Source: a virus
DNA: 64,000 nt
Virus record (IMG/VR): IMGVR_UViG_3300026512_000006
Coordinates: 1-64,000 of that record
Reading direction: 5' to 3' (one strand)
Shown in pieces: positions 17,251 to 24,367 of this stretch (position 1 is the stretch's first letter; every line of letters begins with the position of its first letter). Below the pieces are notes generated by a model, which saw only the letters and a program-made list of their open reading frames with translations, did no database searches and was not told the origin of the DNA. A program made the translations under genes and the position numbers.

Positions 17251-17580
17251 TTATTCATTTCTGATAAGCATTAAATCATCGTACATTTCATCAATAAGTT
17301 GTTGTGCTAATTCTTCTGTTTTAAGATATTGCCAATTAGGATATTGCCAATTAGGATAACATTTGTTTGCTAGCCACCCTTGAGATACTAGACGAGTATT
17401 GTTTAAGTTTAAACTAAATGATCAATTATTCTCATTTAGTTTAAATTCAATAATTTCTCCATTATTTAGTTCCCAAATACGTTTCTTAACTCTGTATTTA
17501 GCAGCACGAAGTTTTACTTCTTTTTCTGCTTCTTCCCTAGTTTTAAATACATTTCCTTGTTTAATAGTATCTTTATCCAT
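17251..17580 (-). CDS. hypothetical protein, 109 sense codons with one in-frame TGA (17422-17424)
   Basis: Own translation: MDKDTIKQGNVFKTREEAEKEVKLRAAKYRVKKRIWELNNGEIIEFKLNENN[TGA]SFSLNLNNTRLVSQGWLANKCYPNWQYPNWQYLKTEELAQQLIDEMYDDLMLIRNE, then TAA. The plus-strand ORFs listed here look like low-complexity shadows. Confidence 0.5.
17411..17442 (-). promoter_or_regulatory. perfect 11-bp stem / 10-nt loop hairpin with the in-frame UGA in its loop
   Basis: Minus strand AAACUAAAUGA-GAAUAAUUGA-UCAUUUAGUUU. The last three loop nucleotides are the UGA codon. Confidence 0.6.
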
Positions 17581-17644
17581 TTTATAATTCCAATGATTAC
17601 TTGTATCTATATACCCTGCTATACCTATAAAATAAGCTCTTTTA

Positions 17645-17869
17645 TTATTTTTTGGTTTCCACCATTTTGGTGTTTTTTATATATATTTTCCATTTTGTTT
17701 CATCCCATGACTTGTTCATTGGAATATTATATGAAAGAATATCTATAAATCGAAAAGGTTTAGTGTATGTCTCATCGTAATAACAATAGGTTATATTATT
17801 ATAATTTTTGGGAGTTAATTTTTCTCCATTTATCAGTCTTTGTATTAATTCTTTTTTAGTTAATGTCAT
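17645..17869 (-). CDS. hypothetical protein (74 aa from MTLTKKELIQ...)
   Basis: ORF track 17645-17929. The internal ATG at 17869 gives the usual short overlap with the upstream gene end (17856). Confidence 0.5.
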   Translation of the reverse strand: MTLTKKELIQRLINGEKLTPKNYNNITYCYYDETYTKPFRFIDILSYNIPMNKSWDETKWKIYIKNTKMVETKK

Positions 17870-18341
17870 TTTTTTCTCCTTGATATAAATCTTCAGGCTT
17901 AACAGGTTTAGCGTATTGCCAACTAGCACCTCCTCGTACTACGAAAGGATATTTAGTATCTTTTTCATAGTTTTTAAAAGTTCTTAAAAGCCATTCTCTT
18001 TCTTTAAAATCTCTAACCCATACAGGCTTATCTATCATATCAGGGTCTTCATACCATTCTTTAGGTTTAATACGATATCTAGTACAAATATTCCAAGTAG
18101 GGGTACATTCTACCCATTTTCTTAAACTTACGTCATACATTTGAAATTGAGTTTCTGGTTTATCTATTTGTAATTTTTTAAGTTTTGCTTGTTTATCATC
18201 TACTATATAAATTTCAGTTTCATTCCAAGTTGGTATATTTTTTAAACTCCAAAATTTTTCATGAGGATACCTACACCATACATTGTCTCTTCTTATACTT
18301 ATCCATCTACTAAATTCTTTTCTAATTTCTTCATTAGTCAT
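17856..18341 (-). CDS. Trp-rich protein distantly related to family B (161 aa)
   Basis: Shared pattern W..P.W....Y.V.D..A......Q......W......W...YRIKP with 15113-15748 and 15798-16133. Confidence 0.6.
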   Translation of the reverse strand: MTNEEIRKEFSRWISIRRDNVWCRYPHEKFWSLKNIPTWNETEIYIVDDKQAKLKKLQIDKPETQFQMYDVSLRKWVECTPTWNICTRYRIKPKEWYEDPDMIDKPVWVRDFKEREWLLRTFKNYEKDTKYPFVVRGGASWQYAKPVKPEDLYQGEKNDIN

Positions 18342-18342
18342 T

Positions 18343-18810
18343 TTATTTTCCTTTATAAATTAAATTTTTTAATTTAGCAAAATCTTGTTTTACTAATCCA
18401 TAATCACCGTTTGGTTGATATGTATGTATATAGCTATTTATACGAATATTTTGACCTTTACACCCTTTTTTTAATATTACAGATATTTCATCATCTATTA
18501 CTATGGAATAATCGTAGTTTAATGAAATTAAGTTTACATTTGATATTAGTTTATTTGTATCTCCTTTTAATTTGAAAGGTAGATGTGGCTGAAGTTTTTC
18601 TAGTTTCCATGCACTGAATACAAATACATCAATATTATATTTTTTAATTAGTCTAGCTAGTCTTGTTACTTTTTTAGGGTAAGGATTAAAGCAATTGTAT
18701 TCTTTTTTGAAGTTATTTCTTTTATATTTTTTATACCTTTTAATTCTTTCATGTGCTCGATACTGATTCAATACTCCGTCAACATCTAAAAAAATAGCTG
18801 TAGTTTTCAT
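18343..18810 (-). CDS. HAD-superfamily phosphatase-like protein (155 aa)
   Basis: N-terminal FLDVDGVLN = HAD motif I (DxDGx). Confidence 0.6.
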   Translation of the reverse strand: MKTTAIFLDVDGVLNQYRAHERIKRYKKYKRNNFKKEYNCFNPYPKKVTRLARLIKKYNIDVFVFSAWKLEKLQPHLPFKLKGDTNKLISNVNLISLNYDYSIVIDDEISVILKKGCKGQNIRINSYIHTYQPNGDYGLVKQDFAKLKNLIYKGK

Positions 18811-18860
18811 TTCTTTCCTTTATTTATTTATATTCATCAAGGTTTATAGGTCTTATATGG

Positions 18861-18947
18861 TATTAGAGATATTTATCCATACCATTAATCAGAGCTTACA
18901 AAGATTATAAAGATATTTATTCATATTATTTATCAAAACTATACAAG
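18861..18947 (-). repeat. imperfect ~43-nt tandem direct repeat upstream of the HAD gene
   Basis: tattagAGATATTTATcCATAccATTaATCAgAgCTtaCAAG / ttataaAGATATTTATtCATAttATTtATCAaAaCTatacAAG. Confidence 0.6.
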
Positions 18948-19003
18948 AAAGCCTCCGGCAAGAACTAGCAGTAGCGATTAGATAGTATAAGCATTACTAT
19001 GGA

Positions 19004-19016
19004 ATCCCATAGGGAT
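19004..19016 (-). promoter_or_regulatory. 5-bp stem / 3-nt loop DNA hairpin ATCCC-ATA-GGGAT
   Basis: Perfect palindromic arms; lies just downstream of the RNAP terminator and upstream of the next operon. Confidence 0.25.
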
Positions 19017-19038
19017 GGAATTGGAATGATTCTATTTA

Positions 19039-19069
19039 GAAAAAAAAAGAAGTAGTACCCAAAGGGTAC
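19039..19069 (-). terminator. intrinsic terminator after the RNAP C-terminal subunit gene
   Basis: Minus strand GUACCC-UUU-GGGUAC followed by UACUUCUUUUUUUUUC; begins 4 nt after the stop codon. Confidence 0.75.
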
Positions 19070-19072
19070 GTA

Positions 19073-19822
19073 TTAGCAGAGAGCATATGAAGATTTTTCA
19101 AGACCTTTTACTAACTTTGTTGTATTTATACTAAAGTCTTTTTCACAAAATTCTTCAAGATAATTGCCTTCAGCTATAACTTTGAGAGCTTCTTTGTAGA
19201 GTTCTCGTAATTTAGACATGTTATTAGGATGAGCTTGTAGTTCATCATGTATATGCGATACTTGAAAGTCTGCATTTTCTACTACGTAACGTATTACAAA
19301 GGCGTCTAAACTATGCACTACATTAGGAGCTAATGAAGTTTTTACATTTGATGGCATATTCTTTTCATAACGATAAGGTAAGTTAAGGCCTTCTTGTTCG
19401 ATAATTCCATCTATGTGTTGAGTTACTTTGACATGAGCTACATGTCCATCTGGGAGAGCCCATTCGTGGAACATAGTAGTATTATCCCATCTATCGTTGA
19501 GAGCTTTTAGGACATTCATAGCGCCGGGGAATAACTCTTGAAGGGTATCGTAGAAAGCATGAAGTTCTTCAGTATCTTCTCCAAAGGCTTCAAGAGGTTG
19601 TAGACGACTATTATACATAGTAGTCATTACAGGCTTTTTACAGAAAGAGCGTACTTGTTTAAATGACATTCCATCGAAGATAGTAGAGTGAGGTATTTTT
19701 TCTAACATACGTGTAGCTACTAGACTATAAGGGTCGGCTCTAATAGTTGTTTCGATATAGTTATTTTTATTTGTTTTAATATTACGTATTTCTGCTAAAA
19801 TTTGTTGTTTAGTGCGTTTCAT
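19073..19822 (-). CDS. T7-like (N4 RNAPII-type) RNA polymerase, C-terminal catalytic subunit (249 aa)
   Basis: RSFCKKPVMTTMYNS ~ T7 motif B RSVTKRSVMTLAYGS. APNVVHSLDA ~ APNFVHSQDG. SHIHDELQ ~ motif C IHDSFGT. C-terminal SSYALC ~ DFAFA. Has its own AGGAGG SD 4 nt upstream of the ATG. Confidence 0.85.
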   Translation of the reverse strand: MKRTKQQILAEIRNIKTNKNNYIETTIRADPYSLVATRMLEKIPHSTIFDGMSFKQVRSFCKKPVMTTMYNSRLQPLEAFGEDTEELHAFYDTLQELFPGAMNVLKALNDRWDNTTMFHEWALPDGHVAHVKVTQHIDGIIEQEGLNLPYRYEKNMPSNVKTSLAPNVVHSLDAFVIRYVVENADFQVSHIHDELQAHPNNMSKLRELYKEALKVIAEGNYLEEFCEKDFSINTTKLVKGLEKSSYALC

Positions 19823-19837
19823 ATTTCCTCCTACGGA

Positions 19838-19975
19838 TTATAAAGAAGCTAATTCTGCTTCTAATTCTTCAAGGCGTAATTGAGCCTCCTCTGTGTACTC
19901 ACGTATTATTTTAGGGTTTACATTAGAATTTTCAGCTGTAGTTGTACATCCACTTAGTAGAGACATTATTTGGAG
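19838..19975 (-). CDS. T7-like RNA polymerase middle subunit, exon 2 (45 codons + TAA)
   Basis: LQIMSLLSGCTTTAENSNVNP continues T7 ...SGIQHFSAMLRDEVGGRAVNL after motif A; ends EEAQLRLEELEAELASL-stop. Confidence 0.7.
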   Translation of the reverse strand, partial: LQIMSLLSGCTTTAENSNVNPKIIREYTEEAQLRLEELEAELASL

Positions 19976-20347
19976 CGTTGTATTCAAGTAAGGGCGTTAA
20001 TCTTACTTCGTTATTAAGTTACCAAATACATAACCACGTAACTCTTTAGGTATTCTACCATCATAAAGGTCTGCGCGTTTATTTATATTTATTTAACTTA
20101 ATAACTGCTTAATATTTCTATTAAGACTAGACTATATCATCTCCCGTTCTGGGAGTTCCGCACTTCGAATACACTTGTATTCTACGGACTTCATCTACTG
20201 TTCTAGTAGGTATGTCCTAGTCGTTGCACCTTCAAAGAGATTCCTCTCTAAGCTTGGCTCATGATTGCCTTCAGCGTTATCTGTTAAGGGTTCCCATGAA
20301 TTCACGGAATATTTTTAGAATAGCATTCCTGTTAAACTGGGCGATTC
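19976..20347 (-). mobile_element. group I intron (372 nt, no ORF) inside the RNAP middle-subunit gene
   Basis: The intron interrupts the conserved DATASG|LQ motif A. The exon ends in U and the intron ends in G. An R-like element GUGCAACGACUAGGAC (20214-20230) and an S-like element GAUGAUAUAGUCUAGUC (20125-20141) have complementary GACUA/UAGUC (P7). GCCC 5 nt into the intron can pair with exon GGGU (P1). The region is GC-rich and structured relative to the exons. Confidence 0.8.
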
Positions 20348-21019
20348 ACCCGAAGCTGTTGCGTCTAACCCCATATTATGTCCTATTGGATTGCCTTTTA
20401 TAACACCTTCGTACCATGCGTAGATAGCTTTTATAAGAAGTTGTGGGGTATCTGCTATAGCTATATACTTATTTAAAGCTTCTTCATTAATTTCATTATT
20501 TATAAAGATTTCTTTAATGACTTTATTAGCTTCTGTGATACGTTTAAACCATACATCTTTATCATAGCCTAAGCAATTTGCTATATCTATTTTGAGGTAT
20601 GTCATGCCCTCTGAGGTTAGTAATTCTTTGTCTGAGAAGCTTAACATAGCTTTACGGTATTCATTGCCTTGTATGTTACAGTGATACCCTTGTGAGTACA
20701 TTCGGCCTCTTTTGTCATATTTCCATCCAAAGTAGAATTTATTGCCATTTTCTAGTAAGTAGTCTATTACGTTGTTTGTTTCTTTGTCACGTAGCTTATA
20801 AGACTTTACACGTTCTTTTTCTTCTATAGCTGATAGAGGTTTGCTTGATGGCTTTAATGTATCTGTAAGTAAATGTAGAATATTCTCATTTAATTCCCAT
20901 GGAATTGCTTGAAGTTTATTGATTGCATTTTTATTTACTCGTTGCCCTACAAAGTTTCCTCTGCCTAATACTAGTGTGTCTTTGTCTTTAGTTAATAAAT
21001 GAGATACGATACGTTTCAT
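20348..21019 (-). CDS. T7-like RNA polymerase middle subunit, exon 1 (224 codons)
   Basis: WKYDKRGRMYSQGYHCNIQGNEYRKAML ~ T7 DWRGRVYAVSMFNPQGNDMTKGLL (T/DxxGR). LKIDIANCLGYDK ~ LKIHGANCAGVDK. GLDATASG ~ motif A FDGSCSG. The track ORF then runs into intron-encoded ESPSLTGMLF-stop. Confidence 0.85.
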
Positions 21020-21053
21020 AGAATTCCTTTAAGTATGTGGGGATAAGACTACA

Positions 21054-21644
21054 TTAGTAGTCTAGTGGTTTAATTAACATTGGCGGCAAGTATTGTGTAA
21101 ATTTGATACGTTTATATAAGTCTATTGAGACATGCATAGTTGGAATTACTACGGCAGAGTCTCCATGTATTTCTGTATGTCCTCCACGGTTTACTGCACG
21201 GTCTTCTTCTTTTACTACTCGTACATCAAATATTCCCATATCATGGAATTCTGATAGTATATCAATACCTGTTTGTACTGCGTCTATTTGGTCGTGATGA
21301 AGTGCTAGGCCTATTTGAGTTGCTACTGCTTGTAATGGAGCTACACCTGCAAAGGCTACCTCTTTACCTCCACGAATTAAGATATCTGGTTTGATAAGAA
21401 TTATAGAAGATAGCAGTGTATTTACTATAAGCTGTTTAGCGTCTTCTAAGGTATATAGAAGGCAAAGTTCTTCTATTCTGGCTTTACTGTCTAAGTCACT
21501 GCGTTCTTTTGTTAAGAAGAGCTCTGCACGGTCTAAGGCTAAGTCAATAGATGCTTGGTCTATTGATGATATTTCTTCTTGAATCCATTTAGTTATGTTA
21601 TGTTTACCTTGTACTGCTTCTGTTAGTAGTTGTGTTGAATACAT
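21054..21644 (-). CDS. T7-like RNA polymerase N-terminal piece (196 aa)
   Basis: The C-terminus TQYLPPMLIKPLDY ~ T7 FQPCVVPPKPW, which precedes the region aligned by the next ORF. Separate stop, 34-nt spacer and AAAGGA SD before the next gene. Confidence 0.6.
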   Translation of the reverse strand: MYSTQLLTEAVQGKHNITKWIQEEISSIDQASIDLALDRAELFLTKERSDLDSKARIEELCLLYTLEDAKQLIVNTLLSSIILIKPDILIRGGKEVAFAGVAPLQAVATQIGLALHHDQIDAVQTGIDILSEFHDMGIFDVRVVKEEDRAVNRGGHTEIHGDSAVVIPTMHVSIDLYKRIKFTQYLPPMLIKPLDY

Positions 21645-21679
21645 TTAATTTTCCTAATATTTATTTTTTGTGAAAGATA

Positions 21680-21940
21680 CTAGAATTCTGTTGGGTCTAC
21701 TACTTTTACTTCTTCTGTGAGGTCTGTGATTGCTACTTTTAAGTAGTCGTTACTGTAAAGTTTTGGGAGTACTTCCATTGCTTGTTGAGCAGTTACCATT
21801 GATAGTTCGCTACCGAATACGTTACGTGAGAATTCATCTGTAAGGTTAATCCAAGAAGCTGTTTTACCTGATTTTCTTGATACTTGTCTTGCTACGAATT
21901 GGTTCTTATTTTTAGATGTGTTTGTTGAATTGAATGCCAT
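21680..21940 (-). CDS. small abundant-type protein, paralog family A (86 aa), C-terminus ...VVDPTEF
   Basis: See 13597-13860; CCGTAGGAGG leader upstream. Confidence 0.7.
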   Translation of the reverse strand: MAFNSTNTSKNKNQFVARQVSRKSGKTASWINLTDEFSRNVFGSELSMVTAQQAMEVLPKLYSNDYLKVAITDLTEEVKVVDPTEF

Positions 21941-21979
21941 GATGTATGTTCCTCCTACGGAATTGATGTTTAGTTAAAA

Positions 21980-21992
21980 GCCTATATTAGGC
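21980..21992 (-). promoter_or_regulatory. 5-bp stem / 3-nt loop DNA hairpin GCCTA-TAT-TAGGC, 40-52 nt upstream of the family A gene start
   Basis: Perfect arms; loop-centre purine on the template (plus) strand; geometry like N4 vRNAP promoter hairpins. Confidence 0.3.
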
Positions 21993-22023
21993 AACTTGTA
22001 TACATAGTTTAAGTAATTGGTAA

Positions 22024-22182
22024 TTATGCTTTAATGTAATTATTATGTTGATTATGCGTTAGTGTAGCTACAAGAGCTTCTAAGGTATGTACACGTTGTT
22101 CTAAAGTCTTTTTAGAGTTAGTAGTTGGTTTAATTGGTTCGTAACGTCCTGTGGCTTTATTTAGTACTCTAATTAGTGCCAT
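22024..22182 (-). CDS. hypothetical protein (52 aa, below track cutoff)
   Basis: Own translation MALIRVLNKATGRYEPIKPTTNSKKTLEQRVHTLEALVATLTHNQHNNYIKA; ATG 2 nt after the upstream stop. Confidence 0.4.
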   Translation of the reverse strand: MALIRVLNKATGRYEPIKPTTNSKKTLEQRVHTLEALVATLTHNQHNNYIKA

Positions 22183-22184
22183 TG

Positions 22185-22373
22185 TTATTTCCTTTTTCTT
22201 TTGGAGATTTTGTAGTATTCATCTAAGGATTGCATGTGTTCACATAGTTCTGGAATGAATCCTAATTTTTCAGCTTGTTTGTAAGCAACTGAGTCTTCTC
22301 TTTGGAAGTCTATTTGTCTTGAGTATTTAGTAGCAATGTCTACTAGTTCTTCTATGGGATATCGTTTGGCCAT
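22185..22373 (-). CDS. hypothetical protein (62 aa) = single copy of the ~42-aa repeat found twice in the GIY-YIG protein 34655-35305
   Basis: YPIEELVDIATKYSRQIDFQREDSVAYKQAEKLGFIPELCEHM vs WTQENVLKEALKYKFRGEFSNLSKVAYEKAREFGILDCVCSHM. Confidence 0.6.
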   Translation of the reverse strand: MAKRYPIEELVDIATKYSRQIDFQREDSVAYKQAEKLGFIPELCEHMQSLDEYYKISKRKRK

Positions 22374-22501
22374 TAGAGTCCTTATAACTTAGGGAAAGCT
22401 TAAATGTAGTATTAGCTTATTGAAGTTAGATTATTGATAATTTTATAGTGAAACTTGAAGTCCCCTATGGAAATGCGGGAAGGAATTAGTAAGGAATTTT
22501 A

Positions 22502-22756
22502 CTAATACTCTTCTGCTGGAATTGGTTGTTTATCTTGTTGAATACCTGTGATTTCTATATGCATTTTCTTTAGGTATTCTTCGAAGTTACCATTGTTAAT
22601 TTGTTCTATGTCTGAGACTGTAACCATGTCTTCTCGTTTACCTATTACTGAGCGAATGAATTGACTTGAAAGGTTTATGAAACCTACTGTATTACCGTTA
22701 GGTGACTTGATTGTTATGCTGTATTGTTTTTCTGGTTTATTGTGTTGATTAAACAT
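22502..22756 (-). CDS. small protein, divergent member of paralog family A (84 aa), C-terminus ...QPIPAEEY
   Basis: Same length and same middle pattern as the other two (INLS.QF.R.V.G....VT...). Shares the I-P-A core of its acidic-aromatic tail with 13597-13860; 21680-21940 shares only the acidic-aromatic ending. Confidence 0.6.
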   Translation of the reverse strand: MFNQHNKPEKQYSITIKSPNGNTVGFINLSSQFIRSVIGKREDMVTVSDIEQINNGNFEEYLKKMHIEITGIQQDKQPIPAEEY

Positions 22757-22985
22757 TTTATCTCCTTTGATATTGTTTCATTTCTCAAGTAGAGGGTACT
22801 ACTTATTGAAAAGGTTTGTTGGCTGAGGTCTCTGAGCGTATAAAAAGAATTAAAAAAAGTTGTAGGTAAGTTAGTTAGTAAGTATGTTAGTATGTTGTTG
22901 TAGGGTACTTTCAGGAGAGTTTAAGAATACTCTATAGAAAGTCTCTTGTTTACGCTGTTAGAAGCTGTACTTATATTTATTATAA

Positions 22986-23369
22986 TTAATCTGTATACTT
23001 AACTTTACTCCATTCGTAGATGGTTGGCATAGCTTTTTGCATATTATCAAAGAGTAACCTTTGAAGGTGCTCGTTACTTACTAAGGCATTTAGTCTTGTA
23101 GGTAGTGAGGCTCTGTATATAAAAGTAGCTAGTGCTTTAACTCGTAGTTCAGCTCCGCAGTATTTACATCCTAGGATAATGTAACGAAGGTTACGATAAG
23201 TAAGGTCTTTGAAGGTTTTACCACGTGTCTTGCTTGCTAGGCTTCTACTGGTTACTTCCTCATTTTGAATGTCTGTATAGATATTTTCTGCTGTTTCGAA
23301 GTCCATGTCTTCTAACATTTCAAGGTACATAGCCTCGTCGTCTGAGTCTATAAAGTAGTCTTTAGGCAT
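22986..23369 (-). CDS. hypothetical protein (127 aa)
   Basis: ORF track; acidic N-terminus; AAAGGACTC SD. Confidence 0.6.
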   Translation of the reverse strand: MPKDYFIDSDDEAMYLEMLEDMDFETAENIYTDIQNEEVTSRSLASKTRGKTFKDLTYRNLRYIILGCKYCGAELRVKALATFIYRASLPTRLNALVSNEHLQRLLFDNMQKAMPTIYEWSKVKYTD

Positions 23370-23378
23370 TTGAGTCCT

Positions 23379-23606
23379 TTAATTTCCTCTATTGTTACGT
23401 TCATACATTACTGCTATAAGTATTTCTATATCATCTTTAAGAGTAGCTTCAATTTTATTGAATTCTACAATAGTAGTACTTATATCAGTATTTTTCATTA
23501 GTTTTGCTTTATCTAATATTCTTGAAGAGACTTTAATTAGGTAGTCTATGTATCTTTCGTTGACTGGTTTACCGTGAGGTACTAATGGTATTTCTATTGT
23601 TTGCAT
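23379..23606 (-). CDS. hypothetical protein (75 aa)
   Basis: ORF track; AAAGGACTC SD. Confidence 0.55.
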   Translation of the reverse strand: MQTIEIPLVPHGKPVNERYIDYLIKVSSRILDKAKLMKNTDISTTIVEFNKIEATLKDDIEILIAVMYERNNRGN

Positions 23607-23789
23607 AAGAGAGTCCTTTTAAGGTGGGTAGAAGGCTTTAAATAATCTTTTAGGAGTATTTGTATACCTTGAGGAGTTTGAAGCCTTGTAGGGCTTTATA
23701 TAGAGTTTAGTACTATGCTGAAAGTTATAGTAGCTATTCCAAACATTAATATCATTAACGGGAGTGAGTATGATTCCATAGTTAGTCCT

Positions 23790-23954
23790 TTATTTGTAGT
23801 CTTTAAGGATTGCCATACATTCAAGACATAGGAATTTAGAGCCTATTGTGTGTATTGTAGCTCCTTTGGAGATGAAGAAGCTTGTGGTAGCTTCAGGGCG
23901 TATTAGTAACTTGTTATTTAATGCAAGTAGTATGAAGGATTGTTCCTGAGGCAT
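23790..23954 (-). CDS. hypothetical protein (54 aa)
   Basis: The internal ATG of track ORF 23790-24077 lies 4 nt after the stop of 23959-24183; the longer version would overlap that gene by >100 nt. Confidence 0.4.
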   Translation of the reverse strand: MPQEQSFILLALNNKLLIRPEATTSFFISKGATIHTIGSKFLCLECMAILKDYK

Positions 23955-23958
23955 AATA

Positions 23959-24183
23959 TTAAGATTCTGATTGCATTTCATTGAATCTATATTCGAAATA
24001 GAAGATTTTACAGTAAGATTGAGCCTCTTCAGGAGAGATTTCTTTCCATTTAGTGCCGTTGAAGTAGAACCATACATTTGAAGTAGTTAGTACTAAATGA
24101 ATGTTTCTATTTGCGTCTAGGCAAGTGTAGGCTTTAGTTGTTGTATGAGCTTTGATACGTTTAGTGAGAGTTTGAGTTTTCAT
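23959..24183 (-). CDS. hypothetical protein (74 aa)
   Basis: ORF track; AAAGGACTC SD. Confidence 0.55.
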   Translation of the reverse strand: MKTQTLTKRIKAHTTTKAYTCLDANRNIHLVLTTSNVWFYFNGTKWKEISPEEAQSYCKIFYFEYRFNEMQSES

Positions 24184-24367
24184 TTGAGTCCTTTGGTGAG
24201 TTATCTAGGGTAGTATCCTGTAAGGTTGTATAGGCTCCATTGAGCCATGCTATTAGAAGTAAGTCTTTGATTGCTTTATAGTTTGTCGAAGGTATTGAGG
24301 GAGGTATTAGGGATTTACCTTCCTTTTGGAACCATGTATTGAATTGGGTTATTTCTTTTTCTTGCAT
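24161..24367 (-). CDS. hypothetical protein (68 aa)
   Basis: ORF track; AAGGACAC SD. Confidence 0.55.
   Translation of the reverse strand: MQEKEITQFNTWFQKEGKSLIPPSIPSTNYKAIKDLLLIAWLNGAYTTLQDTTLDNSPKDSNENSNSH

Noticed and set aside
17399-17748. Plus-strand ORFs 17399-17587 and 17557-17748
   Set aside because: They are Phe/Ser/Leu/Ile low-complexity translations of the antisense of minus-strand coding sequence. The minus strand gives a far more protein-like product once the single TGA is bridged.
18861-18947. Tandem repeats as a possible CRISPR array
   Set aside because: There are only two adjacent imperfect copies with no unique spacers between them, no further repeats, and no cas genes.
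19823-19837. Second intron or intein joining RNAP exon 2 to the C-terminal subunit ORF
   Set aside because: The gap is only 15 nt and consists of a stop codon plus a perfect AGGAGG SD and spacer before the ATG. That is too short for an intron and typical of a genuine gene boundary.
21103-21582. Three plus-strand ORFs (21103-21297, 21140-21394, 21391-21582) antisense to the RNAP N-terminal piece
   Set aside because: They are antisense shadows inside a gene with clear RNAP homology. They have no SDs and biased composition.
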